A stretch of DNA of 64,000 bases from Mobula hypostoma (taxonomy: Eukaryota): assembly GCF_963921235.1 (NCBI RefSeq), contig NC_086097.1, positions 224,442,001 to 224,506,000 of the forward strand, in the 5' to 3' direction. A program made the translations under genes and the position numbers. The notes under the pieces were generated by a model, which was not told the DNA's origin, searched no databases, and saw only the letters and a list, made by a program, of their open reading frames with translations. Below, piece by piece: positions 36,153-49,340 of this stretch. The number at the start of each line of letters is the position of its first letter. Position 1 is the first letter of the stretch.

Positions 36153-36499
36153 CCTGATGGTATGAACATCAGTTTCTTCAATTTACGGTAATTGCCCCCT
36201 CTCCTGTCCTTCATCTGTTTCCCTCTCTCATCTTATCTCCTTACCTGCCCATCACTTCCCTCTGGTGCTCCTCTTTCTTCCCTATCTTCGATGGTCTTCT
36301 ATCCTCTCCTATCAGATTTGCCCTTCTCCAGCCCAAAACACCAGCTGTTTACTCATTCCCATAGATTCTGGCAGGCCTACTGAGTTCCTCCGGCATTTTG
36401 TGTGTGTTGCTTTGAACTTCCAGTATCTGCAGATTTTCTCATGTTTGAGATAAATGATGAGTTTACCCATTGATTGTAAAACATTAATCCTTGTTATAG

Positions 36500-38520
36500 T
36501 CATAGAATCGTTCAGCACAGAAACTTGCCCACCATAGGCACGCGGACCAACATCTGCTTATTCAAATGCTCGTCCAGATGCTTCCTCTATCACAGCTGGT
36601 GCTTTCCAGATTGCATCACCCTCTGGGTGAAAAATTCTTCCTCAGAACCCCAATCAACTTCTTAATCCTCACTTAAAGCCATGCCTTCTGGTCTTGGATA
36701 TCTTTGCCATGGGGGAAATTTTCTTACTATTGACCCTATCTATGTCTCTCACAATTTTGCACACCTTTATCAGGTCCTAACCACCCACCCCCATCATCAT
36801 AAGTGAATTTTTCATGACCAGTGCCTCCTCATAAATGAAAAATTCTGTCCCATCCCATACAATATCCCATACAACACCCCCTTGAGTGCAATTAAACATT
36901 TCCAATTGTCTGGCAACTGGAACTGCATACAGTCGTCCAGCCTACTCAATGTTTTACAAAGGACCTTTCTGCTCCTATATGTTAAGCCCTAGGAAATATA
37001 AAAGCATGTATCCCATATTGCCATTTTAAGACCTCATCTACTCCTGCTGCTACCTTAGGGATCTTTGGACTTCCCTTAGTCATAGTCGTACTTTATTGAT
37101 CCCGAGGAAATTGATTTTCGTTACAGTTGCTCCAACCAAGAAAAGAGTATAAATATAGCAATATAAAACCATAAATAATTAAATAGTAGTATGTAAATTA
37201 TGCCAGGAAGTAAGTCCTCCTGAGGACCCTAATGGTATATGTCCTGCTTTTATTACCCCTCTCCAAAATGCAATATTTCATCTTTATCAGGGTTAAATTC
37301 CATTTACCGTTGTCCTGCTCAACTTAACAGCTATATTCTGTGTTCTGTACTGTGTAGTCCAAGTCCAGCTCCTCACTGCAAACTTCCTAATCATAACTTC
37401 TCCATTCATATCTAGGTTATGAATGCATATAATAAGTCAGTGCCAAGACTGGTCAATGTGGGGCACTGTTAGTCAGCGGCTTCCAATCACAATAATGAGC
37501 CTCCACCATCATTCTCTGCATCCTATTACCAAGGAAAGGTTGGATCCAATTTTCCAAACAGCCCTGGATTCTATTGGCTTTGACCTTTTGGACCAGCCTT
37601 CCACGTGGGACCTTGTTATAAGGCTTGACTGAACTCCGTATTGACTACATGAACTGTAATATGCTCATCAACACAGTCTGGTGCTTCATCAAAAAAATTA
37701 AATTAAATTAGTCAGGTAGGAGCTCTGACTAACGAAGCAATGCAGAGTATTCCTGATCAATCACTACTTTTCTGGGTTAATCGCATCCTTTATGATTCTT
37801 ATTGAATAAGTTCCTCAGCACTAATATTAGATTCATTGGCCTATAACAATCTGACTTATTTCTGTTGTGCTTCTTGAACAGTTACCACTTGACTGTTTTC
37901 CGGTCTCTTCGCACTTCATCAGTGGCTAACAGATATTTAATTATCTCTGCAAGGGCTCCTGGAATCTTTTCCCTTGCTTCCCAAAACAGATTAAGATACA
38001 TCTCATCAGGTTCTGGCATTTCATTCACCTTTATGCCATTTGCAACATCCAATACCTCTTTTTTTAATCTCTACAATTTTACTTCACAATGACAAGTTCT
38101 CTCTCCTTGACAAAAACAGTTGAAAGTATTCATTTAGACCACGTGCTTGTCTCCTGGCTCAACAAGCAGATTTCCCCGAATGGGCCTCACCCTGTCCCTA
38201 GTTACCCTTTTTTTCTTACTGCCTTGGAATTCTCTTTAGTTTTGACTGCCTGTGTTATTTCATGGCCCGTTTTTGTCTCTTTTAAGTACCCCACCCCTAT
38301 ATTTTTTATACTCTTGAAGTTCCTGCTCAGGTATTGACCATGTGCTTCCTTTTTTACTATATCAAACCCTTGATACCCATTGACATCCAGAGTTCCCTGA
38401 ATTTGCCATCTTTACTCTTCATTTCTGTGAGAACATTAGCACGGAACCTGCACTATTTCACATTTAAAAGACTCCTACTTGTTGGATGCAAATTTTGCTG
38501 CAAGTTTAACCTTGACCTAC
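36500..38520 (-). mobile_element. Old CR1 ORF2 remnant with a nested Rex1 3' tail (37078-37216)
   Basis: Decayed reverse-complement CR1 motifs (cttccacgtgggaccttgttataaggc = A..KVPRGRL); the Rex tail matches 59305-59440. Confidence 0.65.
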
Positions 38521-38579
38521 TGCCAAAACAGTTCTACAGTGGACGTCATCTCCCTGGCCCTACATTCATTTCTGGAGCA

Positions 38580-39280
38580 AATCAAAGACAAAGTACATTC
38601 ATTATTAAAGTATGTATAGCATATACAACCTTGAGATTTATCTTTTTGCAGGCAACCACAAAACAAAGAAACACAATAGAATTCATGAAAAACCCCACAC
38701 CACAATGAACACCAAATATCCATCGTGCAAAAAAAAAGAACAACCCATGCAAACAATAAAAAAAGTAAACAAGTAATACACAGAACATGAATTGTAGAGC
38801 CCCCAAAAGTGAGTCCACAGCCACAGAGCCATTTCAGTGCTAAGGCGAGTGCCAAGGCCGCAGCTGCAGAGTCAGGGCAGCATTGGGGTGAGTGGAGAAG
38901 TGAAATGAACACCAGTTCATCTTTCATCTTCAATGCCTTAATCTTTTTAATCTGGCTTGGCATTCAAATCAGCTAAACATCAGTTAGTTTTTCATTCTCA
39001 GGCCCGAGCCCCGCCACATTGGTCTGACTCCAAGCTTCAATCCGGTACAAATTTTCAATCTAGCCCGGAGTCCACTCCAGCAATGGCCACTGCTCCCGTA
39101 CCCGCATTCTCGAATGTTCAGTTTGCCGAATCCTTCAGGATACTGCAAGACACCTGCTCATACAGAAGATTCAAAAGCATAACTTTCAAATAGAAATAAT
39201 GCTGCAAAAAGCAGTGATTGTAGTCCAGTAAAAACATTTATGTCAGAATGTTGTTTATGGACAGCAGCTGTGTCTTCAAT
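38580..39280 (-). mobile_element. Rex1-type non-autonomous retroposon
   Basis: 3' end ...tgtggttgcctgcaaaaagataaatctcaaggttgtatatg...aataatgaatgtactttg shared with 42430-42525. Confidence 0.6.
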
Positions 39281-39289
39281 ACCGTATTT

Positions 39290-40380
39290 CCAGGCTAACT
39301 CATCACCAAACTCCGAACCCTGGGAGTCAATGTCTGCCTCTGCAATTGGATCCTGGACTTCCAGACCAACAGACTACAATCAGTAAGGCTAAACAGCAAT
39401 AGCTCTGTAACAATTATTTTAAACACTGATCCTCCACAAAGTTGCATCCTCAGCCCCCTACTCTACTCCATGCACAGTCATGAGTGTGTGATCAGATTCT
39501 ACTCCATGTCCCAGCTTTGCAGATGACTGCACTATAGTGGGCTGTATCTCAAATAATGATGAATAAGAGTACAGGAAGGAGGTAGAAAGACGAATGACAT
39601 GGTGTCATCACAACTACCTTTGCCTCAATGTCAACAGAACTAGAGAGCTGGTCATTGACCAGGAAGATGCATGATGGGGGCTGCGCACATACATTTTTCT
39701 ACATTAATGGTGTTGAGGTTTGGAGGATTGAGAGCTTCAAGTTCCTAGGAGTGAACATCACCAATAATCTGTCCTGATCCAATCACACTGACGTCATGGA
39801 CAAGAAAACTTACTAATGCCTCTATTTCCTCAGGAAGGTAAAAACATTTGGTATGTTCCCATCGATTTTTACCAATTTTTATTGATGGACCATAGAAAGC
39901 ATCCTATCTTGATGCACAAAAGCTTGGTATGGCAACTGATCTGCACATGACCATAAGAAATTGTAGAGAGTTGCAGACACAGCTCAGTACATCACAGAAA
40001 CCAGCATCCCTTCTATGGTCTATACTTGGTGATTCTGTGAAATCGAAGACCCACCTACCCTGGAAGGGCTCACTTCTCCCCTCTCTCATCCTGCAGAAGA
40101 CACAAAAGCTTGAAAGCACATACCACCAGGCTCAAGGTCAGCTTCTAGCCCACCATTATTAGACTCATGTATGATAAGATAGACTCTTGACCTCAGAGTC
40201 CACCTCATTCTGACCTTGCACTTTATGTTTACCTGTGCTGCACTTGCTCTGTAGCCTTTGCTTTGTTATTGTTTTACTTTGTACTCTCTCAATGCACAGT
40301 GCGATGATTTGATCTGCATGAGCAGTATGCAAGACAAGCTTTTGAATGTATCTTGGTATATGTGACAATAATAAACTCAT
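39290..40380 (+). mobile_element. Rex1/Babar RT-to-3' remnant
   Basis: LCNWILDFQTNR, PQSCILSPLLYS, FADDCTIVG, WCHHNYLCLNV. Confidence 0.8.
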
Positions 40381-40399
40381 ACGTAATAACTAATACCAA

Positions 40400-41150
40400 G
40401 CAGTTGCTCACAGATTACATTTGTCCGATTTTGCTGAATAATTGAAATCAGCTTTTCCCCAATTCTGGCACTTAATTTCCAAACTGTTATCTCTTTCTAT
40501 GATTGCTCAGAAATTTATGAAGTTGTGCTCACCCACTGACACTTCATCTAATTTCTGGTTTCGTTCCCTAGGACTCAGTCTGGTATGGTCATATTCTTAG
40601 GACTGTCAACATATTGTCATAAAAAAATTGTCCTTGATGCACTTTAAAAAGTCCGTCTTATCTAATCTTTTTATACAAAGGTGATCCCATTTAATCTCAT
40701 GGAAGTTATTATCACCGACTATAACCTTATTCCTTTTACAAGATAACTCTGTTAACCGCTGTGTGAGTACATATCTGCTCCTCTTTCTCACAATGACTGT
40801 TGAGAGGTCTTTCATGTAATCCTAGCTAAGGTGATCATCACTTTCTAAATTCCCAAACTCTACTGTACTGCTTCATTTGAAGAACCTTCAAAGGAAGCCT
40901 CTCTCATTACTGGCTTCTTTCATTAGTAATACAATATCCCTCCTTTTACACATTCCCCTTTCACACCTGTAACTTCAATAACTGAGAAGTTTAGTTATCA
41001 GTCATATCCTTGCACCTCTCAGTGAATGCAACAATATCATTTTCCCTCATACTGAACAATGTTCTAAGGTATCTGGTTTACCAGCCAGACTCCTTGCATC
41101 AAAATAGAAGCAATACAGTGTTCCAGTCCCTGCACATGGCTTATCACGTC
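40400..41150 (-). mobile_element. Old CR1 APE remnant
   Basis: VIVGDNNFHEIKWD...FLKCIKDNF. Confidence 0.55.
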
Positions 41151-41894
41151 CGTGCCTACTCTGCCTTATGGACAGACTGAGTTTTCCCTCCATATTTGTC
41201 TGAATCTTGACCCAATTTATATCTATTTTGTTCCCTTTCTTCTTTAGAAGGAAATGACATTTTTGAGCTCAACTGAGAGGTCAAATGGGTTTAAAGTTTT
41301 GCCTCAACTGAAAGTTGGCACCTCTAATATTGCACCATCTGTACTATAGTGAAATGTCAGATTATTATGTGCTCATATCTCTGAACTTGGCAAGAGATCT
41401 ATCGTTGATAAGTAATGTTTGAAAAATATAGAATTCTCCTTTTAATGATTAACTCCTTTGTTTATCTTGGATCTCCCTACCTTATATCTACTTATGGAAT
41501 GACAAAGATATTTTGACCTTCAGCAAAATGGTGTAATCCTTAAAGGCCTCACAAAATCCTGTGATTAGGTATTTCAAGATATCGTGTATAGTGTTGCACA
41601 ATATTGTAGATTTTTGGATCCCTTGAAGTCTCTCTCAGATCTTGCAGTTTCCAAGACACAGTACAACACTAACCCAACTTTAATGAAAGGCACAGATTTA
41701 TCTTAGGGATTTTACTTCCATTGTCTTACTCAATCATTTTAATGTAAGGAAAATCTAGAGATCTTCATTCAGATATGCAGTCCTCCCCATTTTTTTCCCC
41801 ACTCACCGTCACTCAGGCAATCAAAATAATAAAGGCAACAATCTACCCGAATGTTCTGCACAGCCTCTCTGGTACCAAAAGGTGAATGGAGAGA

Positions 41895-42029
41895 TAAGAG
41901 ACTGCAGATGCTGAAATCAGAAACAACAAACAATCTGCTAGGGGAGCTCAGCAGGCCAAGCAGTAACCATGGGATTGTCAGCAGGGGGGAAATTGTCAAC
42001 ACTTTGGGTTGAAACCTTGTATCAGGACT
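41895..42029 (-). mobile_element. Old Penelope-derived terminus
   Basis: ctgcagatgctgaaatcag...gtcaacactttgggttgaaaccttgtatcaggact. Confidence 0.6.
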
Positions 42030-42081
42030 AAAAAGTCCATCTTAAGCTGGAGTTGGGACCAAAAGGTCTTGATTCTGGTTT

Positions 42082-42527
42082 AAGATGGTGCTGGTGAAGG
42101 ACAGTGATGACTTGCTGACAGCAAACAGAACTACATTTGGCCGATTTGAATGCTGGTCCAGATTGAAAAGGTCAGGGTGTCAGGGCTGGAGGCAAGGGTT
42201 AGGCCAGTGTCCAGCTCACTGATCTGCAAGGTTTACTCATCTCTGCACTGAACTGAGGCTATGGCCTGCAACTGATGGTCTCCTGAACTGGCTGTGACTG
42301 GCTTTGTTGCTGTGGACTCACTTTCATGAACCTCAGTTCTGAATGTTATTTGCTTACTTTTATTGTTTGCCTGATTTGTTGTTTTTCTGCACATTGGGTG
42401 CTTGGTTGCTTTCATCAACGGGTTTTTATGGGTTTCTTTGTTTTGTGGCTGCCTGTAAGGAATCGAATCTTAAGGTTGTATAAAGTATACATACTTTGAT
42501 AATGAATGTACTTTGAAATTTGAACTT
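42082..42527 (+). mobile_element. Rex1-type non-autonomous retroposon
   Basis: aagatggtgctggtgaag 5' end shared with 14797 and 46293; Rex-like 3' tail. Confidence 0.65.
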
Positions 42528-42997
42528 CATAAAGGGAAATCTTCTGCTTCTAGACCAGGTGTAGAAGTTCTTTCAGGGACTTTCTGCCAATGACTATAGG
42601 AAAATATATCCTGTCACCAGCAAAATGGGATCAAGGTCTGCAGATGTGATTTTTCACCTCACTCAAGAGTATTTGGTTCAGTAATCTCACTGGAAGGCAA
42701 TTCAATGGATGCACCCAAATTTCACATAAGAAAATCTGACACACTCTTACTCTGCTGAAGTTATCACTGAATAACACAAGCAGAAAACATCATAATTCAT
42801 TTAAGTGATATGTTTTGTTTGGCAAATCTTGACAGCATTTTATCAGCCTGCTGAGGTACAGACGTCACAGTTAAACCAGCTGTTGACACAGTTCCTGACC
42901 AACCATTCTGTAAAGGAAGCAATTCTGGGTCCAAACTAATTTTGCCCCATATTACAAACACACTGAGGAGAATTAGAGGCAGACTTTACCTAATTAC

Positions 42998-43139
42998 CTG
43001 CTACAGGGTTGATAGGTACGAGCTGGGTGTTTGAATTTACCGAATGATTCATTAGTGTCCAGTGTCTTCATTAACATAATGGTTTTTGTTATTTCATCAA
43101 TGCATAATGGAATTTGAAACGATTTCTTACAAGACTTGA
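42998..43139 (-). CDS. Candidate internal exon (KSCKKSFQIPLCIDEITKTIMLMKTLDTNESFGKFKHPARTYQPCS)
   Basis: Strong acceptor ttttctcttttatttttcag, donor CAG/gtaatt; one open frame (phase 1-2). Confidence 0.5.
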
Positions 43140-43481
43140 CTGAAAAATAAAAGAGAAAACTGAATTGAACCTTTTTCATGTGAAATACTCCTCCTAATTT
43201 ACTTTCCAAAGGGCGGTTTGTAATTGTCAATCATTGTGCTTTCAAAGTGGAAGCATTTCACATGTTTCTTCCATATGGTTTGGCATGTCCTGTTGATGTT
43301 TTTCAAAACAGCTTTCTTCAAAGAGATAATTGATAATGATTAAAAAATTAAGCTATCAAAATAAGGAGGACACAAAACTCCATGATTTCAATATATTATA
43401 TACAAAGTGAATGCTATGGGAGGATGAGGAGATGAGTGCAAAGTCTTCCAGCATACTGTAATCTGGGTTAAATCATAATCA

Positions 43482-43612
43482 CAGGAGATTCTGCAGACAC
43501 TGGAAATCTTGGGCAACACTCACAAAATGCTGGAGAAATTCAGCAGGTCAGGCAGCATCTATGGAAAGGAAGAAACAGTAAAAATTTCAAGCAGAGGTCC
43601 TCCATCAGGACT
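43482..43612 (-). mobile_element. Penelope-derived terminus with decayed hammerhead
   Basis: gagattctgcagacactggaaatc...ggtcctccatcaggact. Confidence 0.7.
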
Positions 43613-44159
43613 CATAACTTGCTCATCCATGGAAGAATCTGCGACCCCCACATTTGCCTTGTTAGTTATCTCAAACATAATATCACTGGAGTGGAAGTAA
43701 AGCACCCTGGATCACAAGGGACTACCTATGAAAAAGAAGGAAGAGGCACATGGAATATATTGTAGAAGATGTCAGACCATCCACTTTGGCAGAAGAGATG
43801 GAAATGCTGAATGGTGAGAACAGTTTTAGATTTCCAGCATCTTCAGCTTGTTTGCATTAATGTTCAGAGGCACCTGGGTGTCTTTGCATGTTAACGTTAA
43901 GCACAGCAAGCAAAACGTTGGCCTTTATTGTAAGACGAGAGTAGACATCTTATTGCAATTATAAAGGATCCTAATGAGGTCGCATATGCAATTTTTTTTT
44001 ATAAAGGACTTATCTCTCCAACTACGGAAGGATATGCAACAAAGGTTCAGCTGATTAATTTCTGGAGATGGGAGGGATTTGTCCCATGATGTGATATTAG
44101 CAAACTGAGTCTATACTCCTTTGAATGTATATGAATAAAAGGTGATCTGATTAAAACAT

Positions 44160-44680
44160 ACAATCAGTGGCTACTTTATTATGTACAGCTGTACTCCTGC
44201 TTGTTAATGCAGATATCTAATCAGCCAATCACGTGGCAGCAACTCAATGCGTAATGCATAAAAGTATGCAGACAAGGTCAAGAATTTCAGCTGTTGTTCA
44301 GTTCAGTCATCAAAATGGGGAAGAAATGTGATCTAAGTGTCTTTGACCGTGGGATGATTGTTGGTGCCATATAGGGTGATTTGAGTATCTCAGAAACTGC
44401 TGATTTCCTGGGATTTTCATGCAACAGTCTCCGGAGTTTTCATACAATGGTGTGAAAAACAAAGAAAAAATCCAATTCTGTTAACGAGAGGGATCAGAAG
44501 AGAATGGCCACACTGGTTCAAGCTGAAAGGAAGAAGACAGTAACTCAAATAAGCACGTGGTAAAAACAGTGATGTGCAAAGGAGCATCTGTGAAAGCACA
44601 ACATGTCAAACTTTGAAGCGGATGGGCTATAGCAGCTGAAGACCACACTGGGTTCCACTCCTATTTCTAATACACTGAGC
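44160..44680 (+). mobile_element. Tc1/mariner deletion derivative inside an old CR1
   Basis: MGKKCDLSVFDRGMIVGA..GDLSISETADFLGFS (Tc1 paired-like HTH N-terminus); CAGTG...CACTG ends. Confidence 0.8.
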
Positions 44681-44995
44681 ATATAACCTTCTTATGAGAC
44701 GATAGACCAAATGCAGAGATGATGCTTTCCGCAATGAGACATCTAAAATTGGGTACTGTTTCAAATTAAGAGCTGACCATTGCAGACCAAAATAAATAGA
44801 AAATTCTTCATTCAGAAGGCAATGAACCTTTGGAATTCTTTACCTAACAGAGTGGAAAGCATCTTCAGAACCGAAAATGGTAGCCTTTTAGATGTTAAGA
44901 AAATCAAGGGATATGGGTTGGTATAGTAAAGTGGTACTGATGTAAGAGGTAGACCTCAACTGATTAAATGCAAAACAGACACAAGGGGCTGAAGA

Positions 44996-45305
44996 GATGG
45001 CACTGTAGTGTATTGGGTTAGCACAGCTACTTTATAGCTCCAGTGATCATTGTTAGGGTTTGATACCCACTGCTGTTTGTAGGTTTGTACATTCTCCCTA
45101 TGACCATGTGGGTTTCTTCTGGGTGCTCTGGTTTCCTCCCACATTTCCAAAGATGTACAGCTAAGTTTAGTGTGTCGTGCCATGCTCTGTTGGCACCTGA
45201 AGCATGGCGACACTTGTGGGTGCCCCCAGCACAATCCTTTCATTGTAGGCTGTTGCATTTCACTGTATGCTTCAATATTTTAATGTACATGTGTTAAATA
45301 AGCTA
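44996..45305 (+). mobile_element. tRNA-derived V-SINE (HE1-like)
   Basis: tRNA-like head; V-domain gtgggtttcttctgggtgctctggtttcctcccac. Confidence 0.75.
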
Positions 45306-45619
45306 TGCTTACACGGTTATGAGCTGTTCCTGTTCAGTACAATACCAAAGGATGTTGAGAAACCATGGAACCATGCCTGCAAGAGCTGAGGAGGTGAATT
45401 TTGCAGACAGGCAATACTTTTAAGGAATCACTTTATAATAGCAGTTCAAACATTGTGCCCCAACTTATTAGCCTTCCAGATTAAACAAACTAGAACAAAT
45501 GAAAGTTGGCTTCAACCTAGAGCTACACAGTTGGCTGACTTTGGCCATGCACAAAGTTCCTTTTGAGTAAAAAAATTGAACAGATTTTGCATAGCACAAT
45601 TCAAACATACATGCCTTAC

Positions 45620-45734
45620 CATGAAATACTATGTTTCAGCCGTTTCATGTTGATTTTGTTTGTCCAGTTAAAAATATTCCAGATCTTTTTGTCAGAACTC
45701 TGTACCTTAACTGTGGGAATCTTTGGAGAGACAT
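45620..45734 (-). CDS. Candidate internal exon (VSPKIPTVKVQSSDKKIWNIFNWTNKINMKRLKHSIS)
   Basis: Acceptor tctgtttatattcag, donor ATG/gtaagg; single open frame (phase 1-2). Confidence 0.5.
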
Positions 45735-46292
45735 CTGAATATAAACAGATGGGTACCAATGATTCCCATAGAGTAATGGTTCCATATGCAAAAACAATGG
45801 GCATATGTTTTACACAACTTGGATTGAGAAAGAAGTATTGTCCTGTTGCAAGATTTAATGTTATAGTAGATTAAGATAATTTTGCTTTCCCACAGTACAT
45901 GAATTATGGGCTGACATAATGTCAACAGAGGATTAGATTTGTCTGCTGAACCAATAGTTGATCTCTATAGACGAAGATTGGCATCCTGTAGATCCATGTT
46001 TGCCAAAAGACACAAAGGCAATATCTGATGCAGTTTAAGTGTACACATAAATTGTGACTCAGTGCTGGAATATAGTGTAATTTAGCAAATTATGGTGCAG
46101 GCATTTTCATTATCCCCAATACTGCAAACTGCAAAAATGTAGGTTGGTTATCTATTATTTCATAACTAGAACTAATTGTTTCTCCTACCTATAGCACACC
46201 AACTATCTCATCCCCCAGCAACCTCCAGAAAGACAGCAGCAAACAATCAATAAATGCAACGCTAACTCAAACCAGAAACACCAACCGGTTTA

Positions 46293-47400
46293 CAATGGCA
46301 CTGGTGAAGCACAGCGAAGACTTGCTGGCAGCAACCAAAACTACTGATTACTTTATTCATCACACAGTTTCTGGTGCACAATCACTGAGATCAATAGCCT
46401 GTAACTTCCCTTCGGAGATGAGCTTTTTCGCAGTGTGGACTGAAGTCTCGAAGGTGCAGGATGGTTGTGGTGTGGCGTGTACAGACCGAATCAAGGTGGC
46501 AGGACCTGGGCCCAAGTTCGAGAAACAAGCCGATGTTTGGCCCGTTTAAGTGCTGGGCCAGATTGGAAAGATTGGGCATGGGCCGAATTGAGGTGGCAGG
46601 ACCTGGGCCCAAGTGTGAGAAACAAGCCAATGTTTGGCCCGTTTAAGTGCTGGGCCAGATTGGAAAGGTTGGGTACGGGCCGAATCGAGATGGCGAGGCC
46701 CGGCCCAGGCTTGAGGGGCCTGGTCTGAGAGCAAGAAATGACCCATTGTTTGGCCGATTTAACCACTGGACCAGATTGAAAAGGTCAGGGTGTTGAGACC
46801 AGAGGAGAGGGACCCGCCAGTGTTTGCTGCTTACAAGGTTTACTCATCTCTGTGCTGAACTGAGGCTGTGGCCTGCCACTAACAGGCTCCTGAATTAGCT
46901 GTGACTGGCTTCGTGGCTGTGGAATCACTTCTGTGAGCTTAAGTTCCTACTGTTATTTGCTTATTTTATTGTGTGAGAGAGAGAGAGAGCCTGTGGCATG
47001 TTGAACTATTGGGTGAACAGTGATTTTTGATGTACCCTAGATCATTGTTTCTTTGGGGGAGAGTGGCTTTGCTATTGCTTGCATACTGGGTGGTTGGGGG
47101 CTGATACTTTTGCTGAGGCAGGTGGGGGAAGAAGAGGGTGGAGGGTTGATGCTTTGCCATTGGGGTTCTCATGTTTTCCTGTTATTCATTCTTTGGGTTT
47201 TTTTCTTTTGCTTCATGGATGTCTGTGGAGAGTAAGAATTTCAGGTTGTATCTCAGAGTCCATCAGCTTTGGGGTTCTTACATTTTTTATGCCATTTATT
47301 CTTTAGGGGTTTTCTTCCGTTGCGTAGATGTCTGTGGAGAGTAAGAATTTCAGGTTGTATCTTGTATACATTCTCTGATATTAAATGGAACCATCGAACC
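46293..47400 (+). mobile_element. Rex1-type non-autonomous retroposon with an internal tandem array
   Basis: 5' end and body shared with 42082-42527; duplicated 3' segment gatgtctgtggagagtaagaatttcaggttgtatct. Confidence 0.65.
46484..46790 (+). repeat. 97-bp tandem repeat, two full units plus a diverged third
   Basis: ccgaat recurs at 46486, 46583 and 46680 with near-identical units. Confidence 0.85.
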
Positions 47401-48079
47401 ATTTGTTATATTGTAAAGATCTTGTGAGAAAACCCTGTTCAAGACTCTCTCCTGTGTGGAAACATCTCAACATCTACACTGTTACAAGCCTCAGGATCAT
47501 ACATGTTATAGATTCATAGAATACCACAGCTCAGAAACAGGTCTGTTGGCCCATCTGATCTGTGCTGAACTAGTATTCTGCCTAGTCATATTGGCTTGCA
47601 CTCAGACCATCACTCTCCATAATCCATGTGCATATCTAAATTTTTCTTAAATGTTTCAATAAGAACATTATTCAATCTTCCAAACTTCAAAGAACATGGA
47701 CCTAGTTTCTCTAGCAACTCGTGAAGGGACAACTATCACATCCCTGGAATTAGCTTTTTTTGAACTTTTTGTAATGTCACCATATCTTTTCTTCCATAAA
47801 GGGACCAAAATCAGTGCATAGTCTTCCAGGTGTGACCTCACCAGTAACCTATTCAATAGCAACAATCCCTCCATATTGCTGATAATTCTGTTTTTCATGT
47901 TGTCCATGGAGATCATTTCACAATATCAGTACACTGAGGTAGTACAAGCAACAGCAGGATGCAGAGTATGGTGATACGGCCACAGAGCAAGTGCAGTGCA
48001 GGTAGACAATCAGGTGCAAGACCATGACAAGGAGCCTGGTGAAGTCAACAGTCCATCTTATTGTCCAAGAGCTCATTGG

Positions 48080-49340
48080 GAAGTCCAGCACAGAAACAGG
48101 CCCTTCCGCCCATCTAGTCTATGCCAAAAACCATTTAAATTGCCTGCTCCCAATGACTTGCACAGGGACCAAAGCCCCCCATATCTCTACTATCCACGTA
48201 CCTATCCAAACTTCTTTTAAATATTGAAATTGAGTTTGCCTGGACTACTTGTACTGGCAGCTCACTCCATAATCTCACAACCCTCTGAATGAATAAGTTT
48301 CCCCTTAAACTTCTCACCATTCATCCTTAAACCAGGATCTCTGGTTGTAAACCCACACATCCTCAATGGAAAAAGCCTGCTTGCATTTTCCCTATCTATA
48401 GCCCTCATAAGTTAGTATACCTTTATCAAATTTCTGCTCAATTGTCTACGTTCTAATGAATACAATTCTAACCTATTCGATCTTTCCTTATGACTTAAGT
48501 CCTCCAGACCCAGCAACATCCTTGAAATTTTTCTCTGTACTCTTTCAACCTAGTTTGCAACTTTCCTGTAGGTAGGTGACCAAAACTGCACACAATACTC
48601 CAGATTAGCCTCACCAACATCTTATGTAACTTCAGCATAACATCCCATCTTCTGTACCCAATACGTTGATTTATGAAGGCTAATGTGCCAAAAACTTTCT
48701 TTATGACCCGTCACTTTCAACGAATTACATACCTGCATTCTCAGATCCCTTTGCTCTACCACACACCTCAGTGGTCACTGAGTAAGACCTACCCTGGTTG
48801 ATCTTACAGAAGTGCAAAATCTCGCAGTTGTCTGCGTTAAATTCCTTCTGTCATTTTTTAACCCATTTTTCCAGCTGTTACAAATCCCTCAGTAAGCTTT
48901 CCTCACTGTCCACTACACCCCCGATCTTTTGTGATCTGCAAATCTGCTGATCCAGTTTACCACATTTTTATCCAGATGACAAATGACAAAGGACCTAGCA
49001 CCAATCCCTGCGACACACCACTAGTGACAGGCCCCCTTGAGAGACGCAACCCCCTACTACCACTCCCTGGATTCTCCCACAAAGCCAGTATCTAATCCAA
49101 TTTACTATCGCACCCTGAATGCCAAGTGATTGAACCTTCTTGACCAACCTCCCATGTGGGACCTTGTCAAATACCTCACTGAAGTCCATGTAGGCAACAT
49201 CCACTGCTTTGCGTTCATCCACTTACCTGGTAACTTCCTCGCAGAACTCTATAAGATTGGTTAGACATGACCTACCACACACAAAGCCATGCTGACTATC
49301 CTTTATCAGTCCATGTATATCCAAATATTTAGATATCAGT
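48080..49340 (-). mobile_element. CR1 ORF2 3' portion
   Basis: AVDVAYMDFSEVFDKVPHGRLVKKV; LFIQRVVRLWSELP. Confidence 0.85.

Larger units (their letters stand above)
35522..36445 (+). mobile_element. Older Penelope 3' fragment (35522-35642 and 36153-36445)
   Basis: GIY-YIG C-terminal remnant EKKHLIFCLGSLQ.DG continues as ...MNI after the nested copy. Confidence 0.75.

Noticed and set aside
45313..45376. 64-bp AG/GT-bounded segment as the missing exon between 45620 and 43139
   Set aside because: In the required phase it contains TGA and does not restore the frame
46484..46790. CRISPR-like array
   Set aside because: Contiguous tandem units with no unique spacers, in eukaryotic context
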